The position numbers and the translations under genes are program-made. Shown here piece after piece: positions 26,752-42,900 of a stretch of 64,000 bases of DNA (the first letter of the stretch is position 1; the number at the start of each line of letters is the position of its first letter). Origin of the DNA: Auanema rhodensis (taxonomy: Eukaryota; Animalia; Nematoda); assembly GCA_964057225.1 (NCBI GenBank), contig OZ059897.1:21452001-21516000 (forward strand), read 5' to 3'. Under the pieces are notes generated by a model. It was not told the origin of the DNA. It did no database searches and saw only the letters and a program-made list of their open reading frames with translations.

Positions 26752-29700
26752 TGACTTTGAAATTTACGTGAACTTTAATTTATGCTAATTAAATGTACAC
26801 GTGATGTGCACTTGGTATGTAACTCGCTCCACGTGAAAGATAAAGAGATGCGGTTTTAAAAATTAGATTCCCCATGTCCATATTAGTCTAAAAACAAGTT
26901 TTTATTGATATTGGTGCATGGTAACCATGACTTTGAAATTTACGTGAACTTTAATTTATGCTAATTAAATGTACACGTGATGTGCACTTGGTATGTAACT
27001 CGCTTCACGTAAAAGATAAAGAGATGCGGTTTTCAAAATTAGATTCCCCATGTCCATATTAGTCTAAAAACAAATTTTTATTGATATTGGTGCATGGTAA
27101 CCATGACTTTGAAATTTACGTGAACTTTAATTTATGCTAATTAAATGTACACGTGATGTGCACTTGGTATGGAACTCGCTTCACGTGAAAGATAAAGTGA
27201 TGCGGTTTTCAAAATTAGATTCCCCATGTCCATATTAGTCTAAAAACAAATTTTTATTGATATTGGTTCATGGTAACCATGAATTTGAAATTTACGTGAA
27301 CTTTAATTTATGCTAATTAAATGTACACGTGATGTGCACTTGGTATGTAACTCGCTTCACGTGAAAGATAAAGAGATTCGGTTTTCAAAATTAGATTCCC
27401 CATGTCCATATTAGTCTAAAAACAAATTTTTATTGATATTGGTGCATGGTAACCATGACTTTGAAATTTACGTGAACTTTAATTTATGCTAATTAAATGT
27501 ACACGTGATGTGCACTTGGTATGTAACTCGCTTCACGTGAAAGATAAAGAGATGCGGTTTTCAAAATTAGATTCCCCATGTCCATATTAGTCTAAAAACA
27601 AATTTTTATTGATATTGGTGCATGGTAACCATGACTTTGAAATTTACGTGAACTTTAATTTATGCTAATTAAATGTACACGTGATGTGCACTTGGTATGT
27701 AACTCGCTTCACGTGAAAGATGAAGAGATGCGGTTTTCAAAATTAGATTCCCCATGTCCATATTAGTCTAAAAACAAATTTTTATTGATATTGGTTCATG
27801 GTAACCATGACTTTGAAATTTACGTGAACTTTAATTTATGCTAATTAAATGTACACGTGATGTGCACTTGGTATGGAACTCGCTTCACGTGAAAGATAAA
27901 GTGATGCGGTTTTCAAAATTAGATTCCCCATGTCCATATTAGTCTAAAAACAAATTTTTATTGATATTGGTTCATGGTAACCATGAATTTGAAATTTACG
28001 TGAACTTTAATTTATGCTAATTAAATGTACACGTGATGTGCACTTGGTATGTAACTCGCTTCACGTGAAAGATAAAGAGATTCGGTTTTCAAAATTAGAT
28101 TCCCCATGTCCATATTAGTCTAAAAACAAATTTTTATTGATATTGGTGCATGGTAACCATGACTTTGAAATTTACGTGAACTTTAATTTATGCTAATTAA
28201 ATGTACACGTGATGTGCACTTGGTATGTAACTCGCTTCACGTGAAAGATAAAGAGATGCGGTTTTCAAAATTAGATTCCCCATGTCCATATTAGTCTAAA
28301 ATTAAATTTTTATTGATATTGGTGCATGGTAACCATGACTTTGAAATTTACGTGAACTTTAATTTATGCTAATTAAATGTACACGTGATGTGCACTTGGT
28401 ATGTAACTCGCTCCACGTGAAAGATAAAGAGATGCGGTTTTCAAAATTAGATTCCCCATGTCCATATTAGTCTAAAAACAAATTTTTATTGATATTGGTG
28501 CATGGTAACCATGACTTTGAAATTTACGTGAACTTTAATTTATGCTAATTAAATGTACACGTGATGTGCACTTGGTATGTAACTCGCTTCACGTAAAAGA
28601 TAAAGAGATGCGGTTTTCAAAATTAGATTCCCCATGTCCATATTAGTCTAAAAACAAATTTTTATTGATATTGGTGCATGGTAACCATGACTTTGAAATT
28701 TACGTGAACTTTAATTTATGCTAATTAAATGTACACGTGATGTGCACTTGGTATGGAACTCGCTTCACGTGAAAGATAAAGTGATGCGGTTTTCAAAATT
28801 AGATTCCCCATGTCCATATTAGTCTATAAACAAATTTTTATTGATATTGGTTCATGGTAACCATGAATTTGAAATTTACGTGAACTTTAATTTATGCTAA
28901 TTAAATGTACACGTGATGTGCACTTGGTATGTAACTCGCTTCACGTGAAAGATAAAGAGATTCGGTTTTCAAAATTAGATTCCCCATGTCCATATTAGTC
29001 TAAAAACAAATTTTTATTGATATTGGTGCATGGTAACCATGACTTTGAAATTTACGTGAACTTTAATTTATGCTAATTAAATGTACACGTGATGTGCACT
29101 TGGTATGTAACTCGCTTCACGTGAAAGATAAAGAGATGCGGTTTTCAAAATTAGATTCCCCATGTCCATATTAGTCTAAAAACAAATTTTTATTGATATT
29201 GGTGCATGGTAACCATGACTTTGAAATTTACGTGAACTTTAATTTATGCTAATTAAATGTACACGTGATGTGCACTTGGTATGTAACTCGCTTCACGTGA
29301 AAGATAAAGAGATGCGGTTTTAAAAATTAGATTCCCCATGTCCATATTAGTCTAAAAACAAATTTTTATTGATATTGGTTCATGGTAACCATGACTTTGA
29401 AATTTACGTGAACTTTAATTTATGCTAATTAAATGTACACGTGATGGGCACTTGGTATGTAACTCGCTTCACGTGAAAGATAAAGAGATTCGGTTTTCAA
29501 AATTAGATTCCCCATGTCCATATTAGTCTAAAAACAAATTTTTATTGATATTGGTGCATGGTAACCATGACTTTGAAATTTACGTGAACTTTAATTTATG
29601 CTAATTAAATGTACACGTGATGTGCACTTGGTATGGAACTCGCTTCACGTGAAAGATAAAGTGATGCGGTTTTCAAAATTAGATTCCCCATGTCCATATT

Positions 29701-32700
29701 AGTCTAAAAACAAATTTTTATTGATATTAGTGCATGATAACCATGAATTTGAAATTTACGTGAACTTTAATTTATGCTAATTAAATAAACACGTGATGTG
29801 CACTTGGTATGTAACTCGCTTCACGTGAAAGATAAAGAGATGCGGTTTTCAAAATTAGATTCCCCATGTCCATATTAGTCTAAAAACAAATTTTTATTGA
29901 TATTGGTGCATGGTAACCATGACTTTGAAATTTACGTGAACTTTAATTTATGCTAATTAAATGTACACTTGATGTGCACTTGGTATGTAACTCGCTTCAC
30001 GTGAAAGATAAAGAGATTCGGTTTTCAAAATTAGATTCCCCATGTCCATATTAGTCTAAAAACAAATTTTTATTGATATTGGTTCATGGTAACCATGACT
30101 TTGAAATTTACGTGAACTTTAATTTATGCTAATTAAATGTACACGTGATGTGCACTTGGTATGTAACTCGCTTCACGTGAAAGATAAAGAGATTCGGTTT
30201 TCAAAATTAGATTCCCCATGTCCATATTAGTCTAAAAACAAATTTTTATTGATATTGGTGCATGGTAACCATGACTTTGAAATTTACGTGAACTTTAATT
30301 TATGCTAATTAAATGTACACTTGATGTGCACTTGGTATGTAACTCGCTTCACGTGAAAGATAAAGAGATGCGGTTTTCAAAATTAGATTCCCCATGTCCA
30401 TATTAGTCTAAAAACAAATTCTTATTGATATTGGTGCATGGTAACCATGACTTTGAAATTTACGTGAACTTTAATTTATGCTAATTAAATGTACACGTGA
30501 TGTGCACTTGGTATGTAACTCGCTTCACGTGAAAGATAAAGAGATGCGGTTTTCAAAATTAGATTCCCCATGTCCATATTAGTCTAAAAACAAATTTTTA
30601 TTGATATTGGTTCATGGTAACCATGACTTTGAAATTTACGTGAACTTTAATTTATGCTAATTAAATGTACACGTGATGTGCACTTGGTATGTAACTCGCT
30701 TCACGTGAAAGATAAAGAGATGCGGTTTTCAAAATTAGATTTCCCATGTCCATATTAGTCTAAAAACAAATTTTTATTGATATTGGTTCATGGTAACCAT
30801 GACTTTGAAATTTACGTGAACTTTAATTTATGCTAATTAAATAAACACGTGATGTGCACTTGGTATGTAACTCGCTTCACGTGAAAGATAAAGAGATGCG
30901 GTTTTCAAAATTAGATTCTTCATGTCCATATTAGTCTAAAAACAAATTTTTATTGATATTGGTTCATGGTAACCATGACTTTGAAATTTACGTGAACTTT
31001 AATTTATGCTAATTAAATAAACACGTGATGTGCACTTGGTATATAACTCGCTTCACGTGAAAGACAAAGAGATGCGGTTTTCAAAATTAGATTCCCCATG
31101 TCCATATTAGTCTATAAACAAATTTTTATTGATATTGGTTCATGGTAACCATGAATTTGAAATTTACGTGAACTTTAATTTATGCTAATTAAATGTACAC
31201 GTGATGTGCACTTGGTATGTAACTCGCTTCACGTGAAAGATAAAGAGATTCGGTTTTCAAAATTAGATTCCCCATGTCCATATTAGTCTAAAAACAAATT
31301 TTTATTGATATTGGTGCATGGTAACCATGACTTTGAAATTTACGTGAACTTTAATTTATGCTAATTAAATGTACACGTGATGTGCACTTGGTATGTAACT
31401 CGCTTCACGTGAAAGATAAAGAGATGCGGTTTTCAAAATTAGATTCCCCATGTCCATATTAGTCTAAAAACAAATTTTTATTGATATTGGTGCATGGTAA
31501 CCATGACTTTGAAATTTACGTGAACTTTAATTTATGCTAATTAAATGTACACGTGATGTGCACTTGGTATGTAACTCGCTTCACGTGAAAGATAAAGAGA
31601 TGCGGTTTTCAAATTTAGATTCCCCATGTCCATATTAGTCTAAAAACAAATTTTTATTGATATTGGTGCATGGTAACCATGACTTTGAAATTTACGTGAA
31701 CTTTAATTTATGCTAATTAAATGTACACGTGATGTGCACTTGGTATGGAACTCGCTTCACGTGAAAGATAAAGTGATGCGGTTTTCAAAATTAGATTCCC
31801 CATGTCCATATTAGTCTAAAAACAAATTTTTATTGATATTAGTGCATGGTAACCATGAATTTGAAATTTACGTGAACTTTAATTTATGCTAATTAAATAA
31901 ACACGTGATGTGCACTTGGTATGTAACTCGCTTCACGTGAAAGATAAAGAGATGCGGTTTTCAAAATTAGATTCCCCATGTCCATATTAGTCTAAAAACA
32001 AATTTTTATTGATATTGGTTCATGGTAACCATGACTTTGAAATTTACGTGAACTTTAATTTATGCTAATTAAATGTACACGTGATGTGCACTTGGTATGT
32101 AACTCGCTTCACGTGAAAGATAAAGAGATGCGGTTTTCAAAATTAGATTTCCCATGTCCATATTAGTCTAAAAACAAATTTTTATTGATATTGGTTCATG
32201 GTAACCATGACTTTGAAATTTACGTGAACTTTAATTTATGCTAATTAAATAAACACGTGATGTGCACTTGGTATGTAACTCGCTTCACGTGAAAGATAAA
32301 GAGATGCGGTTTTCAAAATTAGATTCCCCATGTCCATATTAGTCTAAAAACAAATTTTTATTGATATTGGTTCATGGTAACCATGACTTTGAAATTCACG
32401 TGAACTTTAATTTATGCTAATTAAATGTACACGTGATGTGCACTTGGTATGTAACTCGCTTCACGTGAAAGATAAAGAGATGCGGTTTTCAAAATTAGAT
32501 TCCCCATGTCCATATTAGTCTAAAAACAAATTTTTATTGATATTGGTGCATGGTAACCATGACTTTGAAATTTACGTGAACTTTAATTTATGCTAATTAA
32601 ATGTACACGTGATGTGCACTTGGTATGTAACTCGCTTCACGTGAAAGATAAAGAGATGCGGTTTTCAAAATTAGATTCCCCATGTCCATATTAGTCTAAA

Positions 32701-35551
32701 AACAAATTTTTATTGATATTGGTTCATGGTAACCATGACTTTGAAATTTACGTGAACTTTAATTTATGCTAATTAAATGTACACGTGATGTGCACTTGGT
32801 ATGTAACTCGCTTCACGTGAAAGATCAAGAAATGCGGTTTTCAAAATTAGATTCCCCATGTCCATATTAGTCTAAAAACAAATTTTTATTGATATTGGTG
32901 CATGGTAACCATGACTTTGAAATTTACGTGAACTTTAATTTATGCTAATTAAATGTACACGTGATATGCACTTGGTATGTAACTTGCTTCACGTGAAAGA
33001 TAAAGAGATGCGGTTTTCAAAATTAGATTCCCCATGTCCATATTAGTCTAAAAACAAATTTTTATTGATATTGGTTCATGGTAACCATGACTTTGAAATT
33101 TACGTGAACTTTAATTTATGCTAATTAAATGTACACGTGATGTGCACTTGGTATGTAACTCGCTCCACGTGAAAGATAAAGAGATGCGGTTTTCAAAATT
33201 AGATTCCCCATGTCCATATTAGTCTAAAAACAAATTTTTATTGATATTGGTGCATGGTAACCATGACTTTGAAATTTACGTGAACTTTAATTTGTGCTAA
33301 TTAAATGTACACGTGATGTGCACTTGGTATGTAACTCGCTTCACGTGAAAGATGAAGAGGTGCGGTTTTCAAAATTAGATTCCCCATGTCCATATTAGTC
33401 TAAAAACAAATTTTTATTGATATTGGTTCATGGTAACCATGACTTTGAAATTTACGTGAACTTTAATTTATGCTAATTAAATGTACACGTGATGTGCACT
33501 TGGTATGTAACTCGCTCCACGTGAAAGATAAAGAGATGCGGTTTTAAAAATTAGATTCCCCATGTCCATATTAGTCTAAAAACAAATTTTTATTGATATT
33601 GGTGCATGGTAACCATGACTTTGAAATTTACGTGAACTTTAATTTATGCTAATTAAATGTACACTTGATGTGCACTTGGTATGTAACTCGCTTCACGTGA
33701 AAGATAAAGAGATGCGATTTTCAAAATTAGATTCCCCATGTCCATATTAGTCTAAAAACAAATTCTTATTGATATTGGTGCATGGTAACCATGACTTTGA
33801 AATTTACGTGAACTTTAATTTATGCTAATTAAATGTACACGTGATGTGCACTTGGTATGTAACTCGCTTCACGTGAAAGATAAAGAGATGCGGTTTTCAA
33901 AATTAGATTCCCCATGTCCATATTAGTCTAAAAACAAATTTTTATTGATATTGGTTCATGGTAACCATGACTTTGAAATTTACGTGAACTTTAATTTATG
34001 CTAATTAAATGTACACGTGATGTGCACTTGGTATGTAACTCGCTTCACGTGAAAGATCAAGAAATGCGGTTTTCAAAATTAGATTCCCCATGTCCATATT
34101 AGTCTAAAAACAAATTCTTATTGATATTGGTGCATGGTAACCATGACTTTGAAATTTACGTGAACTTTAATTTATGCTAATTAAATGTACACGTGATGTG
34201 CACTTGGTATGTAACTCGCTTCACGTGAAAGATAAAAAGATGCGGTTTTCAAAATTAGATTCCCCATGTCCATATTAGTCTAAAAACAAATTTTTATTGA
34301 TATTGGTTCATGGTAACCATGACTTTGAAATTTACGTGAACTTTAATTTATGCTAATTAAATGTACACGTGATGTGCACTTGGTATGTAACTCGCTTCAC
34401 GTGAAAGATCAAGAAATGCGGTTTTCAAAATTAGATTCCCCATGTCCATATTAGTCTAAAAACAAATTCTTATTGATATTGGTGCATGGTAACCATGACT
34501 TTGAAATTTACGTGAACTTTAATTTATGCTAATTAAATAAACACGTGATGTGCACTTGGTATGTAACTCGCTTCACGTGAAAGATAAATAGATGCGGTTT
34601 TCAAAATTAGATTCCCCATGTCCATATTAGTCTAAAAACAAATTTTTATTGATATTGGTTCATGGTAACCATGACTTTGAAATTCACGTGAACTTTAATT
34701 TATGCTAATTAAATGTACACGTGATGTGCACTTGGTATGTAACTCGCTTCACGTGAAAGATAAAGAGATGCGGTTTTCAAAATTAGATTCCCCATGTCCA
34801 TATTAGTCTAAAAACAAATTTTTATTGATATTGGTTCATGGTAACCATGACTTTGAAATTTACGTGAACTTTAATTTATGCTAATTAAATGTACACGTGA
34901 TGTGCACTTGGTATGTAACTCGCTTCACGTGAAAGATAAAGAGATGCGGTTTTCAAAATTAGATTCCCCATGTCCATATTAGTCTAAAAACAAATTTTTA
35001 TTGATATTGGTTCATGGTAACCATGACTTTGAAATTTACGTGAACTTTAATTTATGCTAATTAAATGTACACGTGATGTGCACTTGGTATGTAACTCGCT
35101 TCACGTGAAAGATCAAGAAATGCGGTTTTCAAAATTAGATTCCCCATGTCCATATTAGTCTAAAAACAAATTCTTATTGATATTGGTGCATGGTAACCAT
35201 GACTTTGAAATTTACGTGAACTTTAATTTATGCTAATTAAATGTACACGTGATGTGCACTTGGTATGTAACTCGCTTCACGTGAAAGATAAAAAGATGCG
35301 GTTTTCAAAATTAGATTCCCCATGTCCATATTAGTCTAAAAACAAATTTTTATTGATATTGGTGCATGGTAACCATGACTTTGAAATTTACGTGAACTTT
35401 AATTTATGCTAATTAAATGTACACGTGATATGCACTTGGTATGTAACTTGCTTCACGTGAAAGATAAAGAGATGCGGTTTTCAAAATTAGATTCCCCATG
35501 TCCATATTAGTCTAAAAACAAATTTTTATTGATTTTGGTTCATGGTAACCA

Positions 35552-36959
35552 TGACTTTGAAATTTACGTGAACTTTAATTTATGCTAATTGAATGTACAC
35601 GTGATGTGCACTTGGTATGTAACTCGCTTCACGTGAAAGATAAAGAGATTCGGTTTTCAAAGTTAGATTCCCCATGTCCATATTAGTCTAAAAACAAATT
35701 TTTATTGATATTGGTGCATGGTAACCATGACTTTGAAATTTACGTGAACTTTAATTTATGCTAATTAAATGTACACGTGATGTGCACTTGGTATGTAACT
35801 CGCTTCACGTGAAAGATCAAGAAATGCGGTTTTCAAAATTAGATTCCCCATGTCCATATTAGTCTAAAAACAAATTTTTATTGATATTGGTGCATGGTAA
35901 CCATGACTTTGAAATTTACGTGAACTTTAATTTATGCTAATTAAATGTACACGTGATATGCACTTGGTATGTAACTTGCTTCACGTGAAAGATAAAGAGA
36001 TGCAGTTTTCAAAATTAGAGTCTTCATGTCCATATTAGTCTAAAAACAAATTTTTATTGATATTGGTTCATGGTAACCATGACTTTGAAATTTACGTGAA
36101 CTTTAATTTATGCTAATTAAATGTACACGTGCTGTGCACTTGGTATGTAACTCGCTTCACGTGAAAGATAAAGAGATGCGGTTTTCAAAATTAGATTCCC
36201 CATGTCCATATTAGTCTAAAAACAAATTTTTATTGATATTGGTTCATGGTAACCATGACTTTGAAATTTACGTGAACTTTAATTTATGCTAATTGAATGT
36301 ACACGTGATGTGCACTTGGTATGTAACTCGCTTCACGTGAAAGATAAAGAGATTCGGTTTTCAAAATTAGATTCCCCATGTCCATATTAGTCTAAAAACA
36401 AATTTTTATTGATATTGGTGCATGGTAACCATGACTTTGAAATTTACGTGAACTTTAATTTATGCTAATTAAATGTACACGTGATGTGCACTTGGTATGT
36501 AACTCGCTTCACGTGAAAGATCAAGAAATGCGGTTTTCAAAATTAGATTCCCCATGTCCATATTAGTCTAAAAACAAATTTTTATTGATATTGGTGCATG
36601 GTAACCATGACTTTGAAATTTACGTGAACTTTAATTTATGCTAATTAAATGTACACGTGATATGCACTTGGTATGTAACTTGCTTCACGTGAAAGATAAA
36701 GAGATGCAGTTTTCAAAATTAGAGTCTTCATGTCCATATTAGTCTAAAAACAAATTTTTATTGATATTGGTTCATGGTAACCATGACTTTGAAATTTACG
36801 TGAACTTTAATTTATGCTAATTAAATGTACACGTGCTGTGCACTTGGTATGTAACTCGCTTCACGTGAAAGATAAAGAGATGCGGTTTTCAAAATTAGAT
36901 TCCCCATGTCCATATTAGTCTAAAAACAAATTTTTATTGATATTGGTTCATGGTAACCA
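35552..36959 (+). repeat. 4-mer (704 bp) tandem duplication containing the most divergent monomer type
   Basis: The order [ATTGAATG+ATTCGG][GATCAAGAAA][ATATGC+ACTTGC+TGCAGT+TAGAGTCTTC][GTGCTG] starts at 35552 and 36256. Confidence 0.88.
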
Positions 36960-39900
36960 TGACTTTGAAATTTACGTGAACTTTAATTTATGCTAATTAA
37001 ATGTACACGTGATGTGCACTTGGTATGTAACTCGCTCCACGTGAAAGATAAAGAGATGCGGTTTTCAAAATTAGATTCCCCATGTCCATATTAGTCTAAA
37101 AACAAATTTTTATTGATATTGGTGCATGGTAACCATGACTTTGAAATTTACGTGAACTTTAATTTATGCTAATTAAATGTACACGTGATGTGCACTTGGT
37201 ATGTAACTCGCTTCACGTAAAAAATAAAGAGATGCGGTTTTCAAAATTAGATTCCCCATGTCCATATTAGTCTAAAAACAAATTTTTATTGATATTGGTT
37301 CATGGTAACCATGACTTTGAAATTTACGTGAACTTTAATTTATGCTAATTAAATGTACACGTGATGTGCACTTGGTATGTAACTCGCTTCACGTGAAAGA
37401 TAAAGAGATGCGGTTTTCAAAATTAGATTCCCCATGTCCATATTAGTCTAAAAACAAATTTTTATTGATATTGGTGCATGGTAACCATGACTTTGAAATT
37501 TACGTGAACTTTAATTTATGCTAATTAAATGTACACGTGATGTGCACTTGGTATGGAACTCGCTTCACGTGAAAGATAAAGAGATGCGGTTTTCAAAATT
37601 AGATTCCCCATGTCCATATTAGTTCAAAAACAAATTTTTATTGATTTTGGTTCATGGTAACCATGACTTTGAAATTTACGTGAACTTTAATTTATGCTAA
37701 TTAAATGTACACGTGATGTGCACTTGGTATGTAACTCGCTTCACGTGAAAGATAAAGAGATTCGGTTTTCAAAATTAGATTCCCCATGTCCATATTAGTC
37801 TAAAAACAAATTTTTATTGATATTGGTGCATGGTAACCATGACTTTGAAATTTACGTGAACTTTAATTTATGCTAATTAAATGTACACGTGATGTGCACT
37901 TGGTATGGAACTCGCTTCACGTGAAAGATAAAGAGATGCGGTTTTCAAATTTAGATTCCCCATGTCCATATTAGTCTAAAAACAAATTTTTATTGATTTT
38001 GGTGCATAGTAACCATGACTTTGAAATTTACGTGAACTTTAATTTATGCTAATTAAATGTACACGTGATGTGCACTTGGTATGTAACTCGCTTCACGTGA
38101 AAGATAAAGAGATTCGGTTTTCAAAATTAGATTCCCCATGTCCATATTAGTCTAAAAACAAATTTTTATTGATATTGGTGCATGGTAACCATGACTTTGA
38201 AATTTACGTGAACTTTAATTTATGCTAATTAAATGTACACTTGATGTGCACTTGGTATGTAACTCGCTTCACGTGAAAGATAAAGAGATGCGGTTTTCAC
38301 AATTAGATTCCCCATGTCCATATTAGTCTAAAAACAAATTCTTATTGATATTGGTGCATGGTAACCATGACTTTGAAATTTACGTGAACTTTAATTTATG
38401 CTAATTAAATGTACACGTGATGTGCACTTGGTATGTAACTCGCTTCACGTGAAAGATAAAGAGATGCGGTTTTCAAAATTAGATTCCCCATGTCCATATT
38501 AGTCTAAAAACAAATTTTTATTGATATTGGTGCATGGTAACCATGACTTTGAAATTTACGTGAACTTTAATTTATGCTAATTAAATGTACACGTGATGTG
38601 CACTTGGTATGTAACTCGCTTCACGTGAAAGATAAAGAGATGCGGTTTTCAAAATTAGATTTCCCATGTCCATATTAGTCTAAAAACAAATTTTTATTGA
38701 TATTGGTTCATGGTAACCATGACTTTGAAATTTACGTGAACTTTAATTTATGCTAATTAAATAAACACGTGATGTGCACTTGGTATGTAACTCGCTTCAC
38801 GTGAAAGATAAAGAGATGCGGTTTTCAAAATTAGATTCCCCATGTCCATATTAGTCTAAAAAAAAATTTTTATTGATATTGGTTCATGGTAACCATGACT
38901 TTGAAATTCACGTGAACTTTAATTTATGCTAATTAAATGTACACGTGATGTGCACTTGGTATGTAACTCGCTTCACGTGAAAGATAAAGAGATGCGGTTT
39001 TCAAAATTAGATTCCCCATGTCCATATTAGTCTAAAAACAAATTTTTATTGATATTGGTTCATGGTAACCATGACTTTGAAATTTACGTGAACTTTAATT
39101 TATGCTAATTAAATGTACACGTGATGTGCACTTGGTATGTAACTCGCTCCACGTGAAAGATAAAGAGATGCGGTTTTCAAAATTAGATTCCCCATGTCCA
39201 TATTAGTCTAAAAACAAATTTTTATTGATATTGGTGCATGGTAACCATGACTTTGAAATTTACGTGAACTTTAATTTATGCTAATTAAATGTACACGTGA
39301 TGTGCACTTGGTATGTAACTCGCTTCACGTGAGAGATAAAGAGATGCGGTTTTCAAAATTAGATTTCCCATGTCCATATTAGTCTAAAAACAAATTTTTA
39401 TTGATATTGGTTCATGGTAACCATGACTTTGAAATTTACGTGAACTTTAATTTATGCTAATTAAATAAACACGTGATGTGCACTTGGTATGTAACTCGCT
39501 TCACGTGAAAGATAAATAGATGCGGTTTTCAAAATTAGATTCCCCATGTCCATATTAGTCTAAAAACAAATTTTTATTGATATTGGTTCATGGTAACCAT
39601 GACTTTGAAATTCACGTGAACTTTAATTTATGCTAATTAAATGTACACGTGATGTGCACTTGGTATGTAACTCGCTTCACGTGAAAGATAAAGAGATGCG
39701 GTTTTCAAAATTAGATTCCCCATGTCCATATTAGTCTAAAAACAAATTTTTATTGATATTGGTTCATGGTAACCATGACTTTGAAATTTACGTGAACTTT
39801 AATTTATGCTAATTAAATGTACACGTGCTGTGCACTTGGTATGTAACTCGCTTCACGTGAAAGATAAAGAGATGCGGTTTTCAAAATTAGATTCCCCATG

Positions 39901-42900
39901 TCCATATTAGTCTAAAAACAAATTTTTATTGATATTGGTTCATGGTAACCATGACTTTGAAATTTACGTGAACTTTAATTTATGCTAATTAAATGTACAC
40001 GTGATGTGCACTTGGTATGTAACTCGCTTCACGTGAAAGATCAAGAAATGCGGTTTTCAAAATTAGATTCCCCATGTCCATATTAGTCTAAAAACAAATT
40101 TTTATTGATATTGGTGCATGGTAACCATGACTTTGAAATTTACGTGAACTTTAATTTATGCTAATTAAATGTACACGTGATATGCACTTGGTATGTAACT
40201 TGCTTCACGTGAAAGATAAAGAGATGCGGTTTTCAAAATTAGATTCCCCATGTCCATATTAGTCTAAAAACAAATTTTTATTGATTTTGGTTCATGGTAA
40301 CCATGACTTTGAAATTTACGTGAACTTTAATTTATGCTAATTAAATGTACACGTGATGTGCACTTGGTATGTAACTCGCTTCACGTGAAAGATAAAGAGA
40401 TTCGGTTTTCAAAATTAGATTCCCCATGTCCATATTAGTCTAAAAACAAATTTTTATTGATTTTGGTCATGGTAACCATGACTTTGAAATTTACGTGAAC
40501 TTTAATTTATGCTAATTAAATGTACACGTGATGTGCACTTGGTATGTAACTCGCTTCACGTGAAAGATAAAGAGATTCGGTTTTCAAAATTAGATTCCCC
40601 ATGTCCATATTAGTCTAAAAACAAATTTTTATTGATATTGGTGCATAGTAACCATGACTTTGAAATTTACGTGAACTTTAATTTATGCTAATTAAATGTA
40701 CACGTGATGTGCACTTGGTATGTAACTCGCTTCACGTGAAAGATGAAGAGGTGCGGTTTTCAAAATTAGATTCCCCATGTCCATATTAGTCTAAAAACAA
40801 ATTTTTATTGATATTGGTGCATGGTAACCATGACTTTGAAATTTACGTGAACTTTAATTTATGCTAATTAAATGTACACGTGATGTGCACTTGGTATGTA
40901 ACTCGCTTCACGTGAGAGATAAAGAGATGCGGTTTTCAAAATTAGATTTCCCATGTCCATATTAGTCTAAAAACAAATTTTTATTGATATTGGTTCATGG
41001 TAACCATGACTTTGAAATTTACGTGAACTTTAATTTATGCTAATTAAATAAACACGTGATGTGCACTTGGTATGTAACTCGCTTCACGTGAAAGATAAAT
41101 AGATGCGGTTTTCAAAATTAGATTCCCCATGTCCATATTAGTCTAAAAACAAATTTTTATTGATATTGGTTCATGGTAACCATGACTTTGAAATTCACGT
41201 GAACTTTAATTTATGCTAATTAAATGTACACGTGATGTGCACTTGGTATGTAACTCGCTTCACGTGAAAGATAAAGAGATGCGGTTTTCAAAATTAGATT
41301 CCCCATGTCCATATTAGTCTAAAAACAAATTTTTATTGATATTGGTGCATGGTAACCATGACTTTGAAATTTACGTGAACTTTAATTTATGCTAATTAAA
41401 TGTACACGTGATGTGCACTTGGTATGTAACTCGCTTCACGTGAGAGATAAAGAGATGCGGTTTTCAAAATTAGATTTCCCATGTCCATATTAGTCTAAAA
41501 ACAAATTTTTATTGATATTGGTTCATGGTAACCATGACTTTGAAATTTACGTGAACTTTAATTTATGCTAATTAAATAAACACGTGATGTGCACTTGGTA
41601 TGTAACTCGCTTCACGTGAGAGATAAAGAGATGCGGTTTTCAAAATTAGATTTCCCATGTCCATATTAGTCTAAAAACAAATTTTTATTGATATTGGTTC
41701 ATGGTAACCATGACTTTGAAATTTACGTGAACTTTAATTTATGCTAATTAAATAAACACGTGATGTGCACTTGGTATGTAACTCGCTTCACGTGAAAGAT
41801 AAATAGATGCGGTTTTCAAAATTAGATTCCCCATGTCCATATTAGTCTAAAAACAAATTTTTATTGATATTGGTTCATGGTAACCATGACTTTGAAATTC
41901 ACGTGAACTTTAATTTATGCTAATTAAATGTACACGTGATGTGCACTTGGTATGTAACTCGCTTCACGTGAAAGATAAAGAGATGCGGTTTTCAAAATTA
42001 GATTCCCCATGTCCATATTAGTCTAAAAACAAATTTTTATTGATATTGGTTCATGGTAACCATGACTTTGAAATTTACGTGAACTTTAATTTATGCTAAT
42101 TAAATGTACACGTGCTGTGCACTTGGTATGTAACTCGCTTCACGTGAAAGATAAAGAGATGCGGTTTTCAAAATTAGATTCCCCATGTCCATATTAGTCT
42201 AAAAACAAATTTTTATTGATATTGGTTCATGGTAACCATGACTTTGAAATTTACGTGAACTTTAATTTATGCTAATTAAATGTACACGTGATGTGCACTT
42301 GGTATGTAACTCGCTTCACGTGAAAGATCAAGAAATGCGGTTTTCAAAATTAGATTCCCCATGTCCATATTAGTCTAAAAACAAATTTTTATTGATATTG
42401 GTGCATGGTAACCATGACTTTGAAATTTACGTGAACTTTAATTTATGCTAATTAAATGTACACGTGATATGCACTTGGTATGTAACTTGCTTCACGTGAA
42501 AGATAAAGAGATGCGGTTTTCAAAATTAGATTCCCCATGTCCATATTAGTCTAAAAACAAATTTTTATTGATTTTGGTTCATGGTAACCATGACTTTGAA
42601 ATTTACGTGAACTTTAATTTATGCTAATTAAATGTACACGTGATGTGCACTTGGTATGTAACTCGCTTCACGTGAAAGATAAAGAGATTCGGTTTTCAAA
42701 ATTAGATTCCCCATGTCCATATTAGTCTAAAAACAAATTTTTATTGATATTGGTGCATGGTAACCATGACTTTGAAATTTACGTGAACTTTAATTTATGC
42801 TAATTAAATGTACACGTGATGTGCACTTGGTATGGAACTCGCTTCACGTGAAAGATAAAGAGATGCGGTTTTCAAAATTAGATTCCCCATGTCCATATTA

